DNA from: Chiloscyllium plagiosum
Lineage: Eukaryota
Direction: 5' to 3'
Length of the DNA stretch: 64,000 nt
Assembly (NCBI RefSeq): GCF_004010195.1
Contig: NC_057720.1
Location: 22,390,197-22,454,196 of the forward strand
Positions 13,200 through 27,020 of the stretch are shown piece by piece; position 1 is the stretch's first letter; each line of letters opens with the position of its first letter. Below the pieces are notes generated by a model that was not told where the DNA came from, searched no databases, and saw nothing but the letters and a program-made list of their open reading frames with translations. The translations under genes were made by a program, and so were the position numbers.

Positions 13200-14860
13200 T
13201 AAAGGAGCAGCAGTAAGCTATTCAGTCCTTTGAGCCTGCTCCACCATTCAATACTATCATCATTGACCATACAACTTAATTCCCTGCTTCAACTTTCTTG
13301 CCATATGCTTTTATCCTTGAGTCCTAAGTATTCAACATCGTTCTTGAAAGTCTTCAATGTTTTGGTCTTCACAATTTCTTGAGAGTTGCCGAGAATTAGA
13401 TTAGATTACTTACAGTGTGGAAACAGGCCCTTCGGCCCAACAAGTCCACACCGACTCTCCAAAGAGCAGACCACCCAGACCCATTCCCCTACATTTACCC
13501 GATCACCTAACACTACGGGCAATTTAGCATGGCCAATTCACCCAACCTGCACACCTTTGGACTGTGGGAGGAAACTGGAGCACCCAGAGGAAACCCACGC
13601 AGACACGGGGAGAATGTGCAAACTCCACACAGACAGGTGCCCAAGGTGGGAATTGAACCTGGGTCTCTGGTACTGTGACACAACAGTGCTAACCACTGTG
13701 CCACCATGCCGCCCCAATTGCTGAGAATTCCACAGGCACCACTATTGTGTGAAGAGGTTTCTCCTCACCTCTATCTGTAAAGATCTATCCCTTATTTTTG
13801 GACACTGATCTGGATTCCCTAGACATTGGGAATGACCTTCCTGCTTGACCTTGCCTAATTCTTTTGGAATTGCATAGGTTTCTATGAGATCCCCTCTCAA
13901 TTTTCTAAACTCTAGTGAATATAGAATGAATAGATCAGGTTGATGCTTCCTGTATGTCAGTCCTGCCATCCCAGGACTCAGATTGCTAAACCTTCTTTGC
14001 ATTGTCTCAATAAGCAGAACATCTTTCCTCAGATAAGGAAATCAGAGTTGTATACAATTTTTCAGGTATGGTATTATCAGGGCGTGGTACAGTTATAGCA
14101 AGATATCCCTGCTCCTGCAGTCGAATCCTCTCGCTATGAAGGCCAATATTGCATTTGTCTTTTTCACCATCTGCTGCATCTTCCTGTTTACTTTCAGTGA
14201 CTAGTGCACAAGGACACCCAAGTCCTGTTGCACCTCCTCCTTTCCCAATCTATCCCCATTCAGATACCAATCCACCTTCCTGTTTTTTGCGACCAAAGTG
14301 GATAACCTCACATTTATTCACATTATGCTGCACCTGTCATGTACTTACCCACTTACTTAATGTGTTCAAATCACAACCTTTGTTGTATTCTCCTCACGTC
14401 ATATCCTGCCATTCAAATGATTTCATCTGCAAACTTGGAGATATGACACATAGTTTTCTCATCTAAATCATTAATATATATATATTATGAATAGCTGGGG
14501 TCCAAGCACAGATACTTATGGTACTCCACTAGTCACTGCCTGCGACTTGGAAAAAGACCTATTTATTCCTACCCTTTGTTTCCTGTCTGCCACTAATTTA
14601 CAATCCATTTCAGTACACAACCACCAATCCTATGTTCTTTAAATTACATGCTAATCGTGTAAGTGGAACCTTATCAAAAGCCTCCTGAAAATCCAAGAAA
14701 ATCTCATCCACTGACTTCCCCTTATCCACTCTACTAGTTACTTCCTTCAAAACATTCCAGCAGATTTGTCAAGCATAACTTCCCCCTTGTAAATCTGTCC
14801 TGACTGTCTGATCCTGTCTCTATTTTCCAAGTGCTGTACTATTATTTCTTTTATAATGGA
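13200..14860 (-). mobile_element. Degenerate CR1 LINE (RT to 3' UTR), interrupted by HE1
   Basis: Minus-strand LDFQEAFDKVP near 14665-14697, LRGDLIETY, and a CR1 3' UTR at 13200. Confidence 0.85.
13396..13715 (-). mobile_element. HE1-type SINE with approximate TSD
   Basis: Full-length reverse copy. Flanks are TTGCCGAGAA (13386-13395) and TTGCTGAGAA (13718-13727). Confidence 0.92.
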
Positions 14861-16564
14861 ACAAATGATCTGAAGTTTTGGATAACTAGTTCATCGACCC
14901 TATCATTATGCCGCCCTTCCCCTTACATATGAATATCATAACACAGTTTGTGACATATTAATTGCTTACACAATTATTAATTAATGAAACAATAAAATGC
15001 AAATAGTTCACCAAACATTATGATACAAAAGTTATAATTTCTGTTCAAATATTCAAATATTAAAGGTCAATTTACTTAAGATAAATTAAATGCTCAATAC
15101 AGTTTACATCAGTGTAAAGTATTTCTCTTTCCATCTGTGCTCAAAGAATTAGAGAATTTGAAGTTAGTTATCATGAAGCAGTTCATTTGATCTAAATATG
15201 CATCATTCAATTTACTCAAAAATGGTTTAGGTATTCTCTGCTGAATTAAATCCTCTTCCATTTTCTATTACTGTAAATGCAAAGTGATCTGTAATCTTTC
15301 TCTCCTGTTCTGTTCAAGAGGTAATTTAATCCGGAAACAAATTTTTAGCCTTCCTTTCAACTGATAAAGGCGGTCTTAATTCAATAATTAACCAGCAAAT
15401 TACTTCAGCTTGCTTCAGGTGGCAGACCTACTTTTTCCAAGAGGTGAAGAGATGAAAAGAAACAAAGCAAAACAGGATTCAGTTTTGGGTTGCCCCAAAT
15501 AAGCTGAAATAAAATGCAGTCACGCTATCGTAATTGTATCTCCCCCCTGTCTTATTTAGCATCATCAGGCATTGACTTGCAAATTTAACATATACATCAA
15601 ATCAAATCATGCTGAACTTTCGGGATCTATAGGGAAAATAGCTAGAAGCCTAATTGAGATCGTTCCCTGGTACTTCCCATCTTTTGGAAGCTTTCCCAGG
15701 AATGGAGTGAGCATGGGGCCGTCCGCCCATTCTAAGGAGATGGGCCAGTTCGTCCAATTATGACTGCACATCAGGGGCAACATTGTGCTAAGGTCAAAAC
15801 TTTACCACAGGTAAACAGACATCGGTGAAGCACACAAGTTCTATTGAGCACCAGGCCAAAGGGGTCATTTAGAGATTTCATGCGTTAATGATGAAGCCAT
15901 GGAGAAGAGAGATCAGAGACCCATCAGTAAACAGACCCATGGAAGGGTTTTCTCTCTAGCTTGACGGCCATACTTTCTTTAGGCTGAAAGCACAGGGTGC
16001 TTCCAGTGGGGCTGTCAGTCTGACATTGCAGTGGGCCATCAGAAATTCCAGCAACATGTCTGTTTATGTCTTGAGAGTTAGACTGACAGTACTGGAATGG
16101 GATTTTCAAGATTGAGCAGTACATTGTGCATGCCAGTGGTTCTCTGAGGCTTAGGTGATGACACAGGGCTCTAGCATCATGAAGGAGAGGAGTTCCAGGA
16201 ACATTAAAGAGAAACTTTCAAGACTTTATGAGTAAGTGGGGGTGTAGGGAATCAGGCAGCTTTCAAAGGACCCTGAGTGTGAGAGTACTTGGTGGGAGGG
16301 TGAGAGTGAGGAGGTTGTCTGGGAACACTGGAAGGGATCCCAACATATCAAAGCACAGATTGGACATCTTGAGATGAAGATGACCTGAGACCTGTTGCAC
16401 AGAATAAAGAAGCTGTCACATTTTCCATTGATACCTGCAAAGAAAGCAAAATTCCCCATTATTTCATAAAAGAGAGTTGTAGTGTTATGTATTACAATTG
16501 GCGTAGGGAATGTTGGGATTGTATCCCTTTAAGAGGCGAGTCACATGACACTGGTGAATATTCA

Positions 16565-17512
16565 GAGTTGAAAAGTGTAGCATTGGAAAAGCACAGCAAG
16601 CTAAGGCAGCATTCAAACAGCAGGAGAATCAATGTTTCGGGCATAAGCCCTTCATCAGGAATGACTCTCCTGCTCTTACTAGAGGTTAGTAACTGACCTG
16701 TACATACTATGTATACTCAAGAATCAGTTCAGAGTTTGTATGCATTTATATTGCTGAGAAATTGAGGACTGCAGATGCTGGAGATCAGAGTCAATAAGTA
16801 TGGCGCTGGAAGGGTCCTTTGGGGTCTTGGGTGGAGATGAGGGGGGAGGTATGGGTTAACCTCCATCCAAGGCCCCAAAGGATCCTTCCACATCTGCCAG
16901 AAATTCTCCTGCACCTCCACATATGTCATCTACTGTGTCTGTTGCTCTTGATATGGTCTCCTCTACACTGGGGAGACAGGACACCAACTTGCGGAACCTT
17001 TCAGAGAACATCTCTGGGACACCCACACTCAACAACCCCACCGTGGCTGACCACTTAAACTCCCATTCTGCCAAGGACATGCAAGTCCTGCACCTCCTCC
17101 ACCGCCAAATTCTAGTCACCCAACATCTGGAGGAAGAACCTCATCTTCTGTCTTGTGACCCTTCAACCATAAGGGATCAATGTTGATTTCACCAGTTTCC
17201 TCATCTTTCCTCCCCCATCTTATCACAGATCCAACCCTCCAACTCAGCACCATCCTCTTGAACGGTCCTACCTGTCCATTTTTCTTCCCACCTCTCCACT
17301 CCACTCTCCACTCTGACCTATCACCATTATCTCCCACCTTCATCTTCCTATCACATTCCGAGCTATCTTCCCCCAGCCCCCTCACATTTACCTCTCAGCT
17401 TCCTTGGGACCCCGCTCATTCCTGATGAAGAGCTTATGCTTGAAACATCGACTGTTCTGCTCCTCGGATGCTGCCTTGCCAGCTGAGCGTTTCCAGTGCC
17501 ACACTTTTTGAC
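16565..17512 (+). mobile_element. Penelope-like element 3' portion: GIY-YIG endonuclease relic plus terminal repeat, preceded by inverted terminal-repeat pieces
   Basis: From ~16887 reads FHICQKFSCTSTYVIYCVCCS*YGLLYTGETGHQLAEPFREH (GIY-YIG with Cys motif). Terminal repeat at 17420-17512; inverted pieces at 16565-16660 and 16755-16812. Confidence 0.85.
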
Positions 17513-19168
17513 CCTGCAGTTATACTGCCAGCTAAAAATTTAAACACCTTTCTTGAACCAGAGTTCATTGCAAAGGTTGAGTTCTAGAAAGCAAAGAGTA
17601 TGTATCAGCACTGTTCTGTAGCCCATACAGGAGAGAAATGGCAGTTAGCATCAGTACCACCATCCTCTAGGTCGCAGGAGTGATGCCTCCTGATGCAGAC
17701 ACATAACAGTTACTTCCTCTCAAATCTATTGCTTTCAGGATTGCTCAGAATGCAGAAAATGATGGATTCTTCTCCTTTGCCTGGTTGCTATGCCCTGTTG
17801 ACTTGTTTAGCTGCTTGTTCCAGTGATTCCTGATACAGAAAGTTTTGAAAATTATGGATAAGTTATGCAGTGAAGTTATCTGTTGGTGTGGGGTAGGTAC
17901 AGCCCTCCAGCATGTCACCCTGCTGGCTAATCTTAACCTGGATAGAACAGTGAAAGCCGGCAGGGTGTTTCTCTTTACAGCATCATAACCAAGCAAATGC
18001 TAACCTTACGCAATGTCAATGCGCAACACTCTTCATTAATTGTCACTAGGTAGCAAGAAAAAATGGAATCTCTGACAGATTTTTCCACTCCTTAACAACA
18101 GACTGCTGATGCACATAGCACCAGTTGAGATCAGGAAAATGTATGGATTAGTAATTGAGACTTCCTGATTGATCAGATCAGTCTCACTACAGATAATATG
18201 TCTCTCCAATAATTTTGTGGAATGGAGTTTTTATTTAAAGACTGATGTCCATTTTGTCCTTGCCCTTTCTTTGATCACTTGGTGATCCATTAGATTCCAC
18301 CTTACAAACCAGGTTTCTGGGTTTGTCAGATCAGGAAAACCCTCACAGTTAAAGCCTGGTTTCCATCTCATATTTCCTCATGTGACAAAACTAAAAGGAG
18401 TGAACTTAACTTTGAAAATCTGGGTATTAACCTGGGCAGTGAAACCAGCATCAAATACTGGCTGAATACTGACCATTAATGGTTTGACAGATTAAAATCT
18501 TTCATCAATTACTGACAAGATTACCGAAACCATCTCTTCAGTAATGTATTTCAGAAATGCTGTGTTTCATTATGTGTCATTGCTACTGTGCTGACAGCAT
18601 TATTGTTGTCTTTGTTGGCGAAAAGGAATTGTAAGTGACGTTCCCTTTTCAGGCCCGTGTTCACTGACATTAATTTTCTCATACTCTCTGGTTTGATCTC
18701 TCCATCTTTCAAAACCATTATCATCTGTCATCAAAATATATATTTTCATTCCTTCATAGTTTTCTACTGCATCTTCGACATTCTCCTTCTAAATTCCTGG
18801 AAAATGCTTTTCACTTGTATTACTGTCTGTCAAAGCATTCCAATCAAGCTTCTGTACCACTCACAACATTGGTCACATTCACCAGTGACATCTTATATGA
18901 CTGATCATCATCCCACTTTGAACTCTGCTCCATGCCCATTAATTCTTTTGACAAGTTGATTCACATCAAATAACTTCCTCCACAGTACACATAGGCAGCG
19001 ATAGTGTTCTTCACTGGCTCCGCCCTGCCACATTATAGAAATCACATCACCTCAAAAGGTTTTTAATTTTGAGGTTAAATAACTTTCTTGGGAATATCAC
19101 TGGATTCCATCCTTAGGACCTTTCTCTTTATATAACATGAATTTGTGATATTTTTGACATTAAGCCTA

Positions 19169-19218
19169 TGTATATATATATATATGTATATATATATATT
19201 ATATATATATATATATAT
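19169..19218. repeat. (TA)n microsatellite, imperfect
   Basis: Directly visible. Confidence 0.95.
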
Positions 19219-19949
19219 GTTTGCTGAAAATACCCAGTCCTTTTGCTTTTCTATTTCTTATTATAGCAGTTGTCACTATCTTGAGATACACAACTAGTAT
19301 TAAGAGGTGGTGGCTACTATGGAGATCCAGGTCCAGCAGCCTCAGAGTCTGCTAGATGTGCACCTGACCTACGTTCCATCTCCCTAATCAGTGGTCCTCA
19401 ACTGCAAGCATACAAGAGATCTTGGCCCCAACTGTAGGTGCCCCTTCCTCACAAGGAGACAGGGCAGTGCCAGGAAGCATTCATGTGTAGGAGGAAGGCT
19501 CTGTAGAGGTCACGATATGGGACATTCCAAAGGGGGCTGATGAAGATTTCACCCACTGTCTCCATTTCTATTACTGTTGACCTTGGCAAACTCTACTGGT
19601 TGCCCAAATTCTAGTGAACCATTTCCCTTGACTTTGCCTTCAGATGTCTTCATGGCTTCATCACTCCACCTTCATGACATCCTCTAATCCTATAATACCT
19701 GGCTACTTCTCCACCTCACGATTTTAACTCCACCATCAGTAGTTGCTCCCTTAGCCACCTTCCCACTGTCCTGGTCCTTACTGCCTCAGTATTATGACGT
19801 TTCCAACTCCAACCCTACATTCAAAAACACCAACATAAAACATCATCTACCATATTCGTGTCTCCTCTTGATCCTACTGTTCTTTCTATGACCCCTCCCC
19901 CCCCGCCCGAGCAACCTATAGAGCCCTTCATGGTTAAAGTTTATTTTCT

Positions 19950-20050
19950 ACTCAACCTATTCAGAGATGTTATCACACACCGATGAAGTGGTTGGGACTT
20001 GAACGCAGATCTCCTCCTCTATATGCTTACCACTACACAACAAGAGGCCT
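19950..20050 (-). mobile_element. Degenerate tRNA-derived SINE head
   Basis: Reverse complement reads ..GTGTAGTGGTA....GTTCAAGTCCCA, which is A/B-box-like. Confidence 0.45.
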
Positions 20051-21195
20051 AAAGCATTTACTGACACATTTCAATAGATAGTGAACAGTATAGACATTAG
20101 CATTCTTTTTCAATGGAAAGAAAGGAGCAGTTGCTGTCTGAACAATGATTCATAAATAAGACTGTGAAACAATCCAAAATGTTTTAAGCCCATGTCTTGC
20201 CAGCTGCTACATTAGAAACTTCTTTGAAGGATAGCTTTAATATCAAGCCTGAAAGAAAAGAGAAGAAGCTTCAGTTGGCTGTAGGGCAGACAGCAAGTAG
20301 ATGGTAAACCACTTGGGAGGGTCAAATAATTAGAAGCAGAAGAAAATTCACAGATTGTAAAAAATTTCAGACATGGTTAACATATTCAGATCTTGTTGAA
20401 ATTTCTTATTAACTGCTGTATTTAAAAAAATGAATATCTGTGTTAAACGAATTAAAATTTAGAATTGGAATAAAACCTACCTTCTTACATTGTATCCAAT
20501 CCCAATAAACTAAATACTTAGCTATTATTTCCTCTTCATTAATTACAATTTTGCAGCCAAAATAAAGATTTTCATATATTTAATAACTAAATAACATTAA
20601 TTTAGTACAAGTCAAAATGCTAACATGAGGCAAATTGCATTTCAGTAAATATTTTATGATAAGTAAAGATATACAAGAAACCTTTATGAAAGTTCATAGC
20701 ATTTAAATTTGTGAATGTATTTTACCTGCATAAGATATACTAAGCAATTAAATGAAAATAATTTGACACAGAACGAATACTCAGGTACACAGACTAGGTA
20801 TAATGAAGAAGGCAGAAGAATCAAAATTGTGGTTTTTCTGATGAACCTATTACTCAATATTGACTAAATTCCCCATTGTATGTTCTACTTAGCACATTTG
20901 AATAATGTAATATTAAAATAAATTATTATTTAAATATTAGTCTCCAAGGAACTATTAAATATCGAGGTGAAATTAATTCTTACTGTAATAACACGGCATT
21001 CAACTCTTCATTTCTTCAGCATTGAATGTGATTGTCATGATTTTTAGTTGCTAAAATGATATTTAAATGTGTTATGGACCAGGCCAGACTCCTTCAAAAC
21101 ATTTCAAGAAATTAGCCCAGACTCTAACTTTTCTAGTTGTTTTAAACAGGTGAAACAAGGATATTCCACGAGTAATGCAGCTGACCCAACCACTT

Positions 21196-21576
21196 AGAGT
21201 CATAGAGTCATAGAGTCATACAGATGTACAGCATGAAAACAGACCCTTCGGTCCAACCCGTCCATGCCGACCAAATATCCCAACCCAATCTAGTCCCACC
21301 TGCCAGCACCCGGCCCAAACCCTTCCTATTTATATGCCCATCCAAATGCCTCTTAAATGTTGTAATTGTACCAGCCTCCACCACTTCCTCTGGCAGCTCA
21401 TTCCATACATGTACCACCCTCTGCGTGAAAAAGTTGCCCCTTAGGTCTCTTTTATCTCTTTCCCCTCTCACCCTAAACCTATGTCCTCTAGTTCTGGACT
21501 CCCCCATCCCAAGGAAAAGACTCTGTCTATTTATCCTATCCATGCTCCTCATAATTTTGTAAACCTCTATAAGGTC
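21196..21576 (-). mobile_element. CR1 (HER1-like) 3' fragment
   Basis: TRGHRFRVRGE, FFTQRVVHVWNELP and a (AGAGTCAT)n tail. Confidence 0.9.
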
Positions 21577-21813
21577 AATCCCAAAAACACCTTTTGGGAA
21601 AAAAAGGTAAAATCAAACACAGGATCTTATAGGAGAGAGAGATGGCAGAGAGATACAGCATGGAACCTCCTTCTACTATAGTTGCTTCTTTGGATTCCCC
21701 AGCAGCTCCTGAACAGCCAGACTGCCAAAACCAAACCAAACCAGAGAAAAACTGAGCAGAGAGAACTGACCACTCCTGTTTCATTGTACAAGGGTTTTTT
21801 TTTAAACTTTTTG

Positions 21814-22096
21814 TTAGATTAGATTACTTACAGTGTGGAAACAGGTCCTTCAGCCCAACAAGTCCAGACCAACACGCTGAAGCATAACCCACCCAGACCC
21901 TTCCCCTACACCTAACACTACAGGCAATTTAGCATGGCCAATTCAACTGACCTATGGGAGGAAACTGGAGCACCCGGAGAAAACCCACGCAGACACGGGG
22001 AGAATGTGCAAACTCCACACAGTTGCCTAAGGCAGGAATTGAACCCAGGTCTCTAGCGCTGTGAGGCAGCAGTGCTAACCATTGTGCCATTGTGCC
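21814..22096 (-). mobile_element. HE1-type SINE
   Basis: Reverse copy with a (TTAGA)n tail. Confidence 0.88.
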
Positions 22097-22169
22097 TTTT
22101 GCCTCAGGCAGTATCTGTTAGCCAATATCAAATTGGCCCTAAAGCCCATACAAACCAGACGCATTCAAA

Positions 22170-24187
22170 GTTGAGAATGTGTGGTGCTGGAAAAGCACAG
22201 CAGGTCATGCAGCATCCGAGGACCAGGAATATCGAAGTTTCGGGCAAAAGCCCTTCATCAGGAGTGAGGCTGGGAGCCTCAGGGGTGGAGAGATAAATGG
22301 GAGCAGGGTGGGGCTGGGGAGAAGGTAGCTGAGAATGCAATAATTGGATGGAGTGGAGGTGAAGGTGATAGGTGGAAAGGAAGATTGACAGGAGAGATAC
22401 ATCATGGGGATGGTGCTCAGCTGGAAGGTCCATTTGTATGTGGCGGAAATGTTGGTAGGTGATGCGATTTATGCGGAAATTGATGGGGTGGAAGGTGAGG
22501 ACCGGGAGATTCTGTCCTTGTTGCAGTTGGAGGGGTGGGGTTCGAGGGCGGAGGTGCGGGACGTGGATGAGATGCGTTGGAGGGCATCTTCAACCACGTG
22601 GGAGAGGAAATTTCAGTCTTTAAAGAAGGAGGCCATCTGGTGTGTTCTGTGGTGGAACTGGTCCTCCTGGGAGCAGATGTAGCAGAGGCGGAGGAATTGG
22701 AAATACAGGATAGCATCTTTACAGGAGACAGGGTGGGAGGAGGTGTAATCAAGGTAGCTGTGGGTGGGAGTCGGTGGGTTTGTAAAAAATGTCAGTGTTG
22801 AGTCAGTCATCGTTGATGGAGATGGAGAGGTCCAGGAAGGGGACGGAGGTGTTAGAGATGTTCCAAGTGAATTTAAGGTCGGCGTAGAATGTGTTGGTGA
22901 AGTTGATGAACTGTTCGACCTCCTTGCGGGAGCACGAGGTGGCACCAATGCAGTCATCAATATATTGGAGGAAAAGGTCAGGAGTGGTGCCAGTGTAACT
23001 CCAGAAGATGGACTGTTCTGCATAGCTGACAAAGAGACAGGCAGAGCTGGGGCTCATGCAGTGCCCAGGACTAACCTTTTCGTCTGGAGAAAGTTGGAGG
23101 ATTTGAAGGAGAAATTGTTGAGGGTGAGAACCTGTTCAGCCAAACGAATGAGAGTGTCAGTGGAAAGGTACTGGTAGGGACGTTGGGAGAGGAAGAAATG
23201 GAGGGCTTGGAGGGCCTGGTCATGGCAGATGGAGGTGTAGAGGGACTGAATGTCCTTGGTGAAGATGAGGCATTGGGGGCTGGGGAAATAGAATCTTGGA
23301 GGAGGTGGAGGGCTTGGGTGGTGTCCCGAATATATGTGGAGAGTTCCTGGACCAAGGGGGATAGGACAGAATCGAGATAGGTGGAGATGAGTTCAATGGG
23401 GCAGGAGCAGGCTGAGACAATGGGTTGGCCAGGGTAGTCAGTCTTGTGGATCTTGGGAAGGAGGTAGAATCGGGCAGTGCAGGATTCTCGGACTATGGGA
23501 TTGGAAGGTGCGGGTGGAAGGTCCCCTGAGGTGATGAGGTTGTGTTTGTCTGGGAGATGATGGTTTGGTGATGGGGGGGGGATCATGGTCGAGGGGGCAG
23601 TAGGAGGAGGTGTCTTTGAGCTGGTTCCTGGCTTCAGCGGTGTAGAGGTCAGTGCGCCAGACTACCACTGCACCCCCTTTGTCCACTGGTTTGAAGGTGA
23701 GGTAGGAGTTGGAGCAGAGGCAGTGGAGGGCTGCACATTGTGAGGGCAAGAGGTTGGAGTGGGTGAGGCGGTTGGACAGGTTGAGGCGGTCGATGTCACG
23801 GCAGCAGTTTGAAATGAAGAGATCAAGGGCGGGTAGCAGACCAGCAAGGGGTGTCCAGGTGGAAGGGATGTGTTGGAGGTGGGAGAAGGGGTCCTCGGTG
23901 GGTGGGCAGGTGTCCTGGTTAAAAAAGTAGGCACAGAGATCGCAGACTATGTTGAATTCATTAGTCTGGGACTGTAGATTGCATTCTCAGCTGCCTTCTC
24001 CCCAGCCCCACCCCCTCCCATTTATCTCTCCACCCCCTTGACTCACAAGCCTCATTCCTGATGAGGGGCTCCCGCCTGAAACGTCGACTCTCCTGCTCCT
24101 TGGATGCTGCATGACCTGCTGTGCTTTTCCAGCACCACACACTCTCGACTCTGATCTCCAGCATCTGCGGTCCTCACTTTCTCCTAG
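22170..24187 (-). mobile_element. Penelope-like retroelement, frameshifted RT relic between inverted terminal repeats
   Basis: Minus-strand peptides KPVDKGGAVVVW, ARFYLLPKIHK, PIVS, YIRDT, QYIDDC, PFLDL and YLDYTSSHP. Terminal repeats at ~22175-22400 and ~23975-24187 are in opposite orientation. The GIY-YIG region is deleted. Confidence 0.92.
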
Positions 24188-25149
24188 TGTTATAAACTTG
24201 TTTGCTGAGGAAGGGGAAGTAGCAATGCTTTGTTATCAGTAAGGTGAAGGATTGTAACTCTGAGCCTGTCCCACTCAACACAAAATTGGTTATATCATAA
24301 TTTAAACTGAAATTGAAGCACAGAAGAAACAAAGCTAAAAGCCAATGCTTCTTGGCACTCTGGTTGCTAGTTCCACTTGAACACTTCAGTTACAAATTAC
24401 TTCCTCATCCAACATTTTCAGCATCTTTGAGATTCTGAAACTCAATGCAGGACTGTCCTCATTGGTCCATATGACTCGCCCAGTAAGTCTATAAAATGAT
24501 ACATTTGCTGACGGAATATGTATTGTGCCCCACATTTAAAATCAAAACAATGTTTGTTTATTCATTCACAGGATGCAGACTTAATTACCTCTCACTAATT
24601 GCTATTAAGCTACTGATGAGCTGCTATCTATTGTTGCCTACTTCACTAATACAGAGATACCACTGCGGCATAATGCCCAAACAAAAATATCCCCTCCCAC
24701 CCTGAATCCACAGAAAGCTGGAAGTTTTTATTGGATGGCACCCATAGGTAATAATGTGCCCACCCATGATTGGTAAAATACTAGCAGTAGTGGGGAGACG
24801 CCCTGCCTCTGAATGATCTAAATCATTTAAAGATGGACAGTCCATCATCCACTACTGACTCTGCTGTTGATAAAATATCAGCAGAGCAGGGAAAGCAATG
24901 GGAATGGTATTCTCATACCATTCCACCAGATTCATCAAACCCCCTTGTTTCTCCTTGGCTCCTGGGGTGGAGAGAAGCCTGAAATTGTGGGCAATGTTTT
25001 CAAAATGGGATGGAGAGAGTGTAAATGGGGTAGAGAAGCAAAGGAACATGGATGTACTGGCATACCGTTGTCAAAAATCAAGAACACAAACACCAGGGTT
25101 TATTTTGAGAATGACATAACTGAAAAGCTGATAAGTTAGAGCAAAGTTG

Positions 25150-26165
25150 AGGAAATCTTGGAATATCATTTACAGGACTGTGCACCGTCCTGATCTCCAT
25201 ATTGTAAAAGCAGAAGAAAGTACAAAAAGATTTGCAAGGATGATATCAGTATATCAGGAAAGATTCAATAGATTGAGATTTTCTTTTCCTTTGGCGGACA
25301 GAATGCTGATGAGTGACTTGATAGAGGACTTTAAGGTAATGAAAGGGTTACAATGAGTCAATCTGGAGAAGACTTGAAAATTAGAGACAGTAACTATAAC
25401 AGTCACTAATAAATCCAGGAGGGATTTCAGGAAAATCTTCTTTATTAAGAGTGATTAAAACATTGAACTTGCTACCACAAGGGTTAATTGGATCAAAAAA
25501 GATACATGCATTTTAGAAAAGCTAGGTAAACACGCAAGGGGAGAAAGGAATTGAAGGAGACACCACTAGCGTTAGATGAAGAGGAGTGGGGCGATGCACA
25601 TGAGGAATATGAACACAAGGTGGGACCGGTAGGGTTGAGTGGTCTGTTTCTGTGCTTGGATGTTCTATATATAAGTTCCCAAGTTAGTTGACATCTCTGA
25701 GCTGATTGTGGCTGAAATGGCAGGTAATGACAAAGGTAAATGGAATGTTGGCGCTTATTTCAAAGGGACTGACTGGAGGATAAAATAGGGAGGCTTTGCT
25801 AAAGCTATACAAGGCATTAGTCAGCTAAAATACTGGGAATAATTCTGGCCCCTTTTCCTAAGGAAAAATGTAATGGCATTGCTGGTAGTCCATAGAAGGT
25901 TCTCTAGGCTGATACAGAGATGAGGTGAAATTTCTTTTTCCAGAGAGTAGTGAATTCTGTGCTGCAGACTGTTGTTAAGGTTGATTGGTCATTAAGTATA
26001 TTCTAGGCTGGGATAGACAGATTTTTAATCTGAGGGAGTGAACAGTTATGGAAAAAGGGAGAAAAATTGAATTGAGGATGACCTGATCAGCAGTGATCTC
26101 ATTAAATGGTGCAGCAGACATGATGAGTTAAATGGTCTTCCTCTGTTCCTATGTCTTATTGTTTT
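25150..26165 (+). mobile_element. Two highly diverged CR1 3' fragments
   Basis: STKRFARMI, YQERFNRL and MSDLIEDFKVMKG peptides with CR1-type 3' UTRs. Confidence 0.7.
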
Positions 26166-27020
26166 GAGAAAGAGTAACAAGTTAAATTTTTAAGAAGCCA
26201 AAACTTCAGGGGAGATATACTGAGATGTGACGGTTGAGAGAGATACAAGGAAGAAAAATACAACTAGGGAAGGAAAGAGAAAAAAAAATGAAACAGAAAT
26301 GCCAAACATATTTATAAAGCATCTCAAGAAACGGCAAGAAAAATCATCCTAGGTGTTTTGGGTCTAAAGGAAGAACCTTGTAAGAGAGAAAAAACACAGT
26401 GGTGTTTTTGACAGACAGAACAAAAGCATAAAAAGCAAAAAGATACATTTGATTGTTCAGCAGGAAGACAGCAATGTCATGGGACTAGAATATAAAGATA
26501 AACACCTTGTTGAACCGGGAACAATATGGGAAAATGGAGAGAGCTGGTTAGTATAAGAATGAAGAAATGTTGAGAAAGTTAAAGGTCAAATGAATGTGGA
26601 TGAGAAAGGGAGATTGGGACAGAAAGAAAGAAAGTAATCTCTTGTAGGTGCAATCTCTGTTTCTGCTGGGAGTGAAGAAAACAATTGCTGACAATCTATT
26701 CTCGATTCATTTTGCGACAGAATATCCACGAGTATGGAATGATACTGGGATGAAATTAATCAAATAAATAAATTCTTATCCTGTCACCAGCAAAAAATAA
26801 TTTATCAACATTTCAATTTTAGCCCACACTGTTAACTTCATGTTCTAAATGAGTGTGGCATACCTGAATTAACTGTAGCTCAAAACATAGATTCTCTTAT
26901 TTAACGGTGTACAGCCACAACCAAAGGACTGAACTGAAACCTTCAGAGATTCGATAGAATCCATTGATTCAGAAAATAGCGAGCAAGCAATGGGCTTCAA
27001 ACTGCAGAGCTTTTACCCAC

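Larger units (their letters stand above)
21068..22165. mobile_element. Putative solo-LTR-like element carrying nested CR1 and HE1 insertions
   Basis: Begins TGTTATG, like the Gypsy LTR start at 57928, and appears to resume after each nested insertion. The other terminus is not confidently seen. Confidence 0.4.

Noticed and set aside
17960..18200. Possible ancient LF-SINE-like repeat (similar impression at 9290-9480 and 50880-51080)
   Set aside because: Resemblance is too weak to call by eye and needs a Dfam/Repbase search.
25687..25725. Plus-strand peptide VDISELIVAEMAG resembling VDISVEMAG of the next DPYD exon
   Set aside because: Wrong strand, four extra residues, no flanking similarity, and it lies between CR1 relics, so most likely chance. 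I did not find the next DPYD exon within the window.
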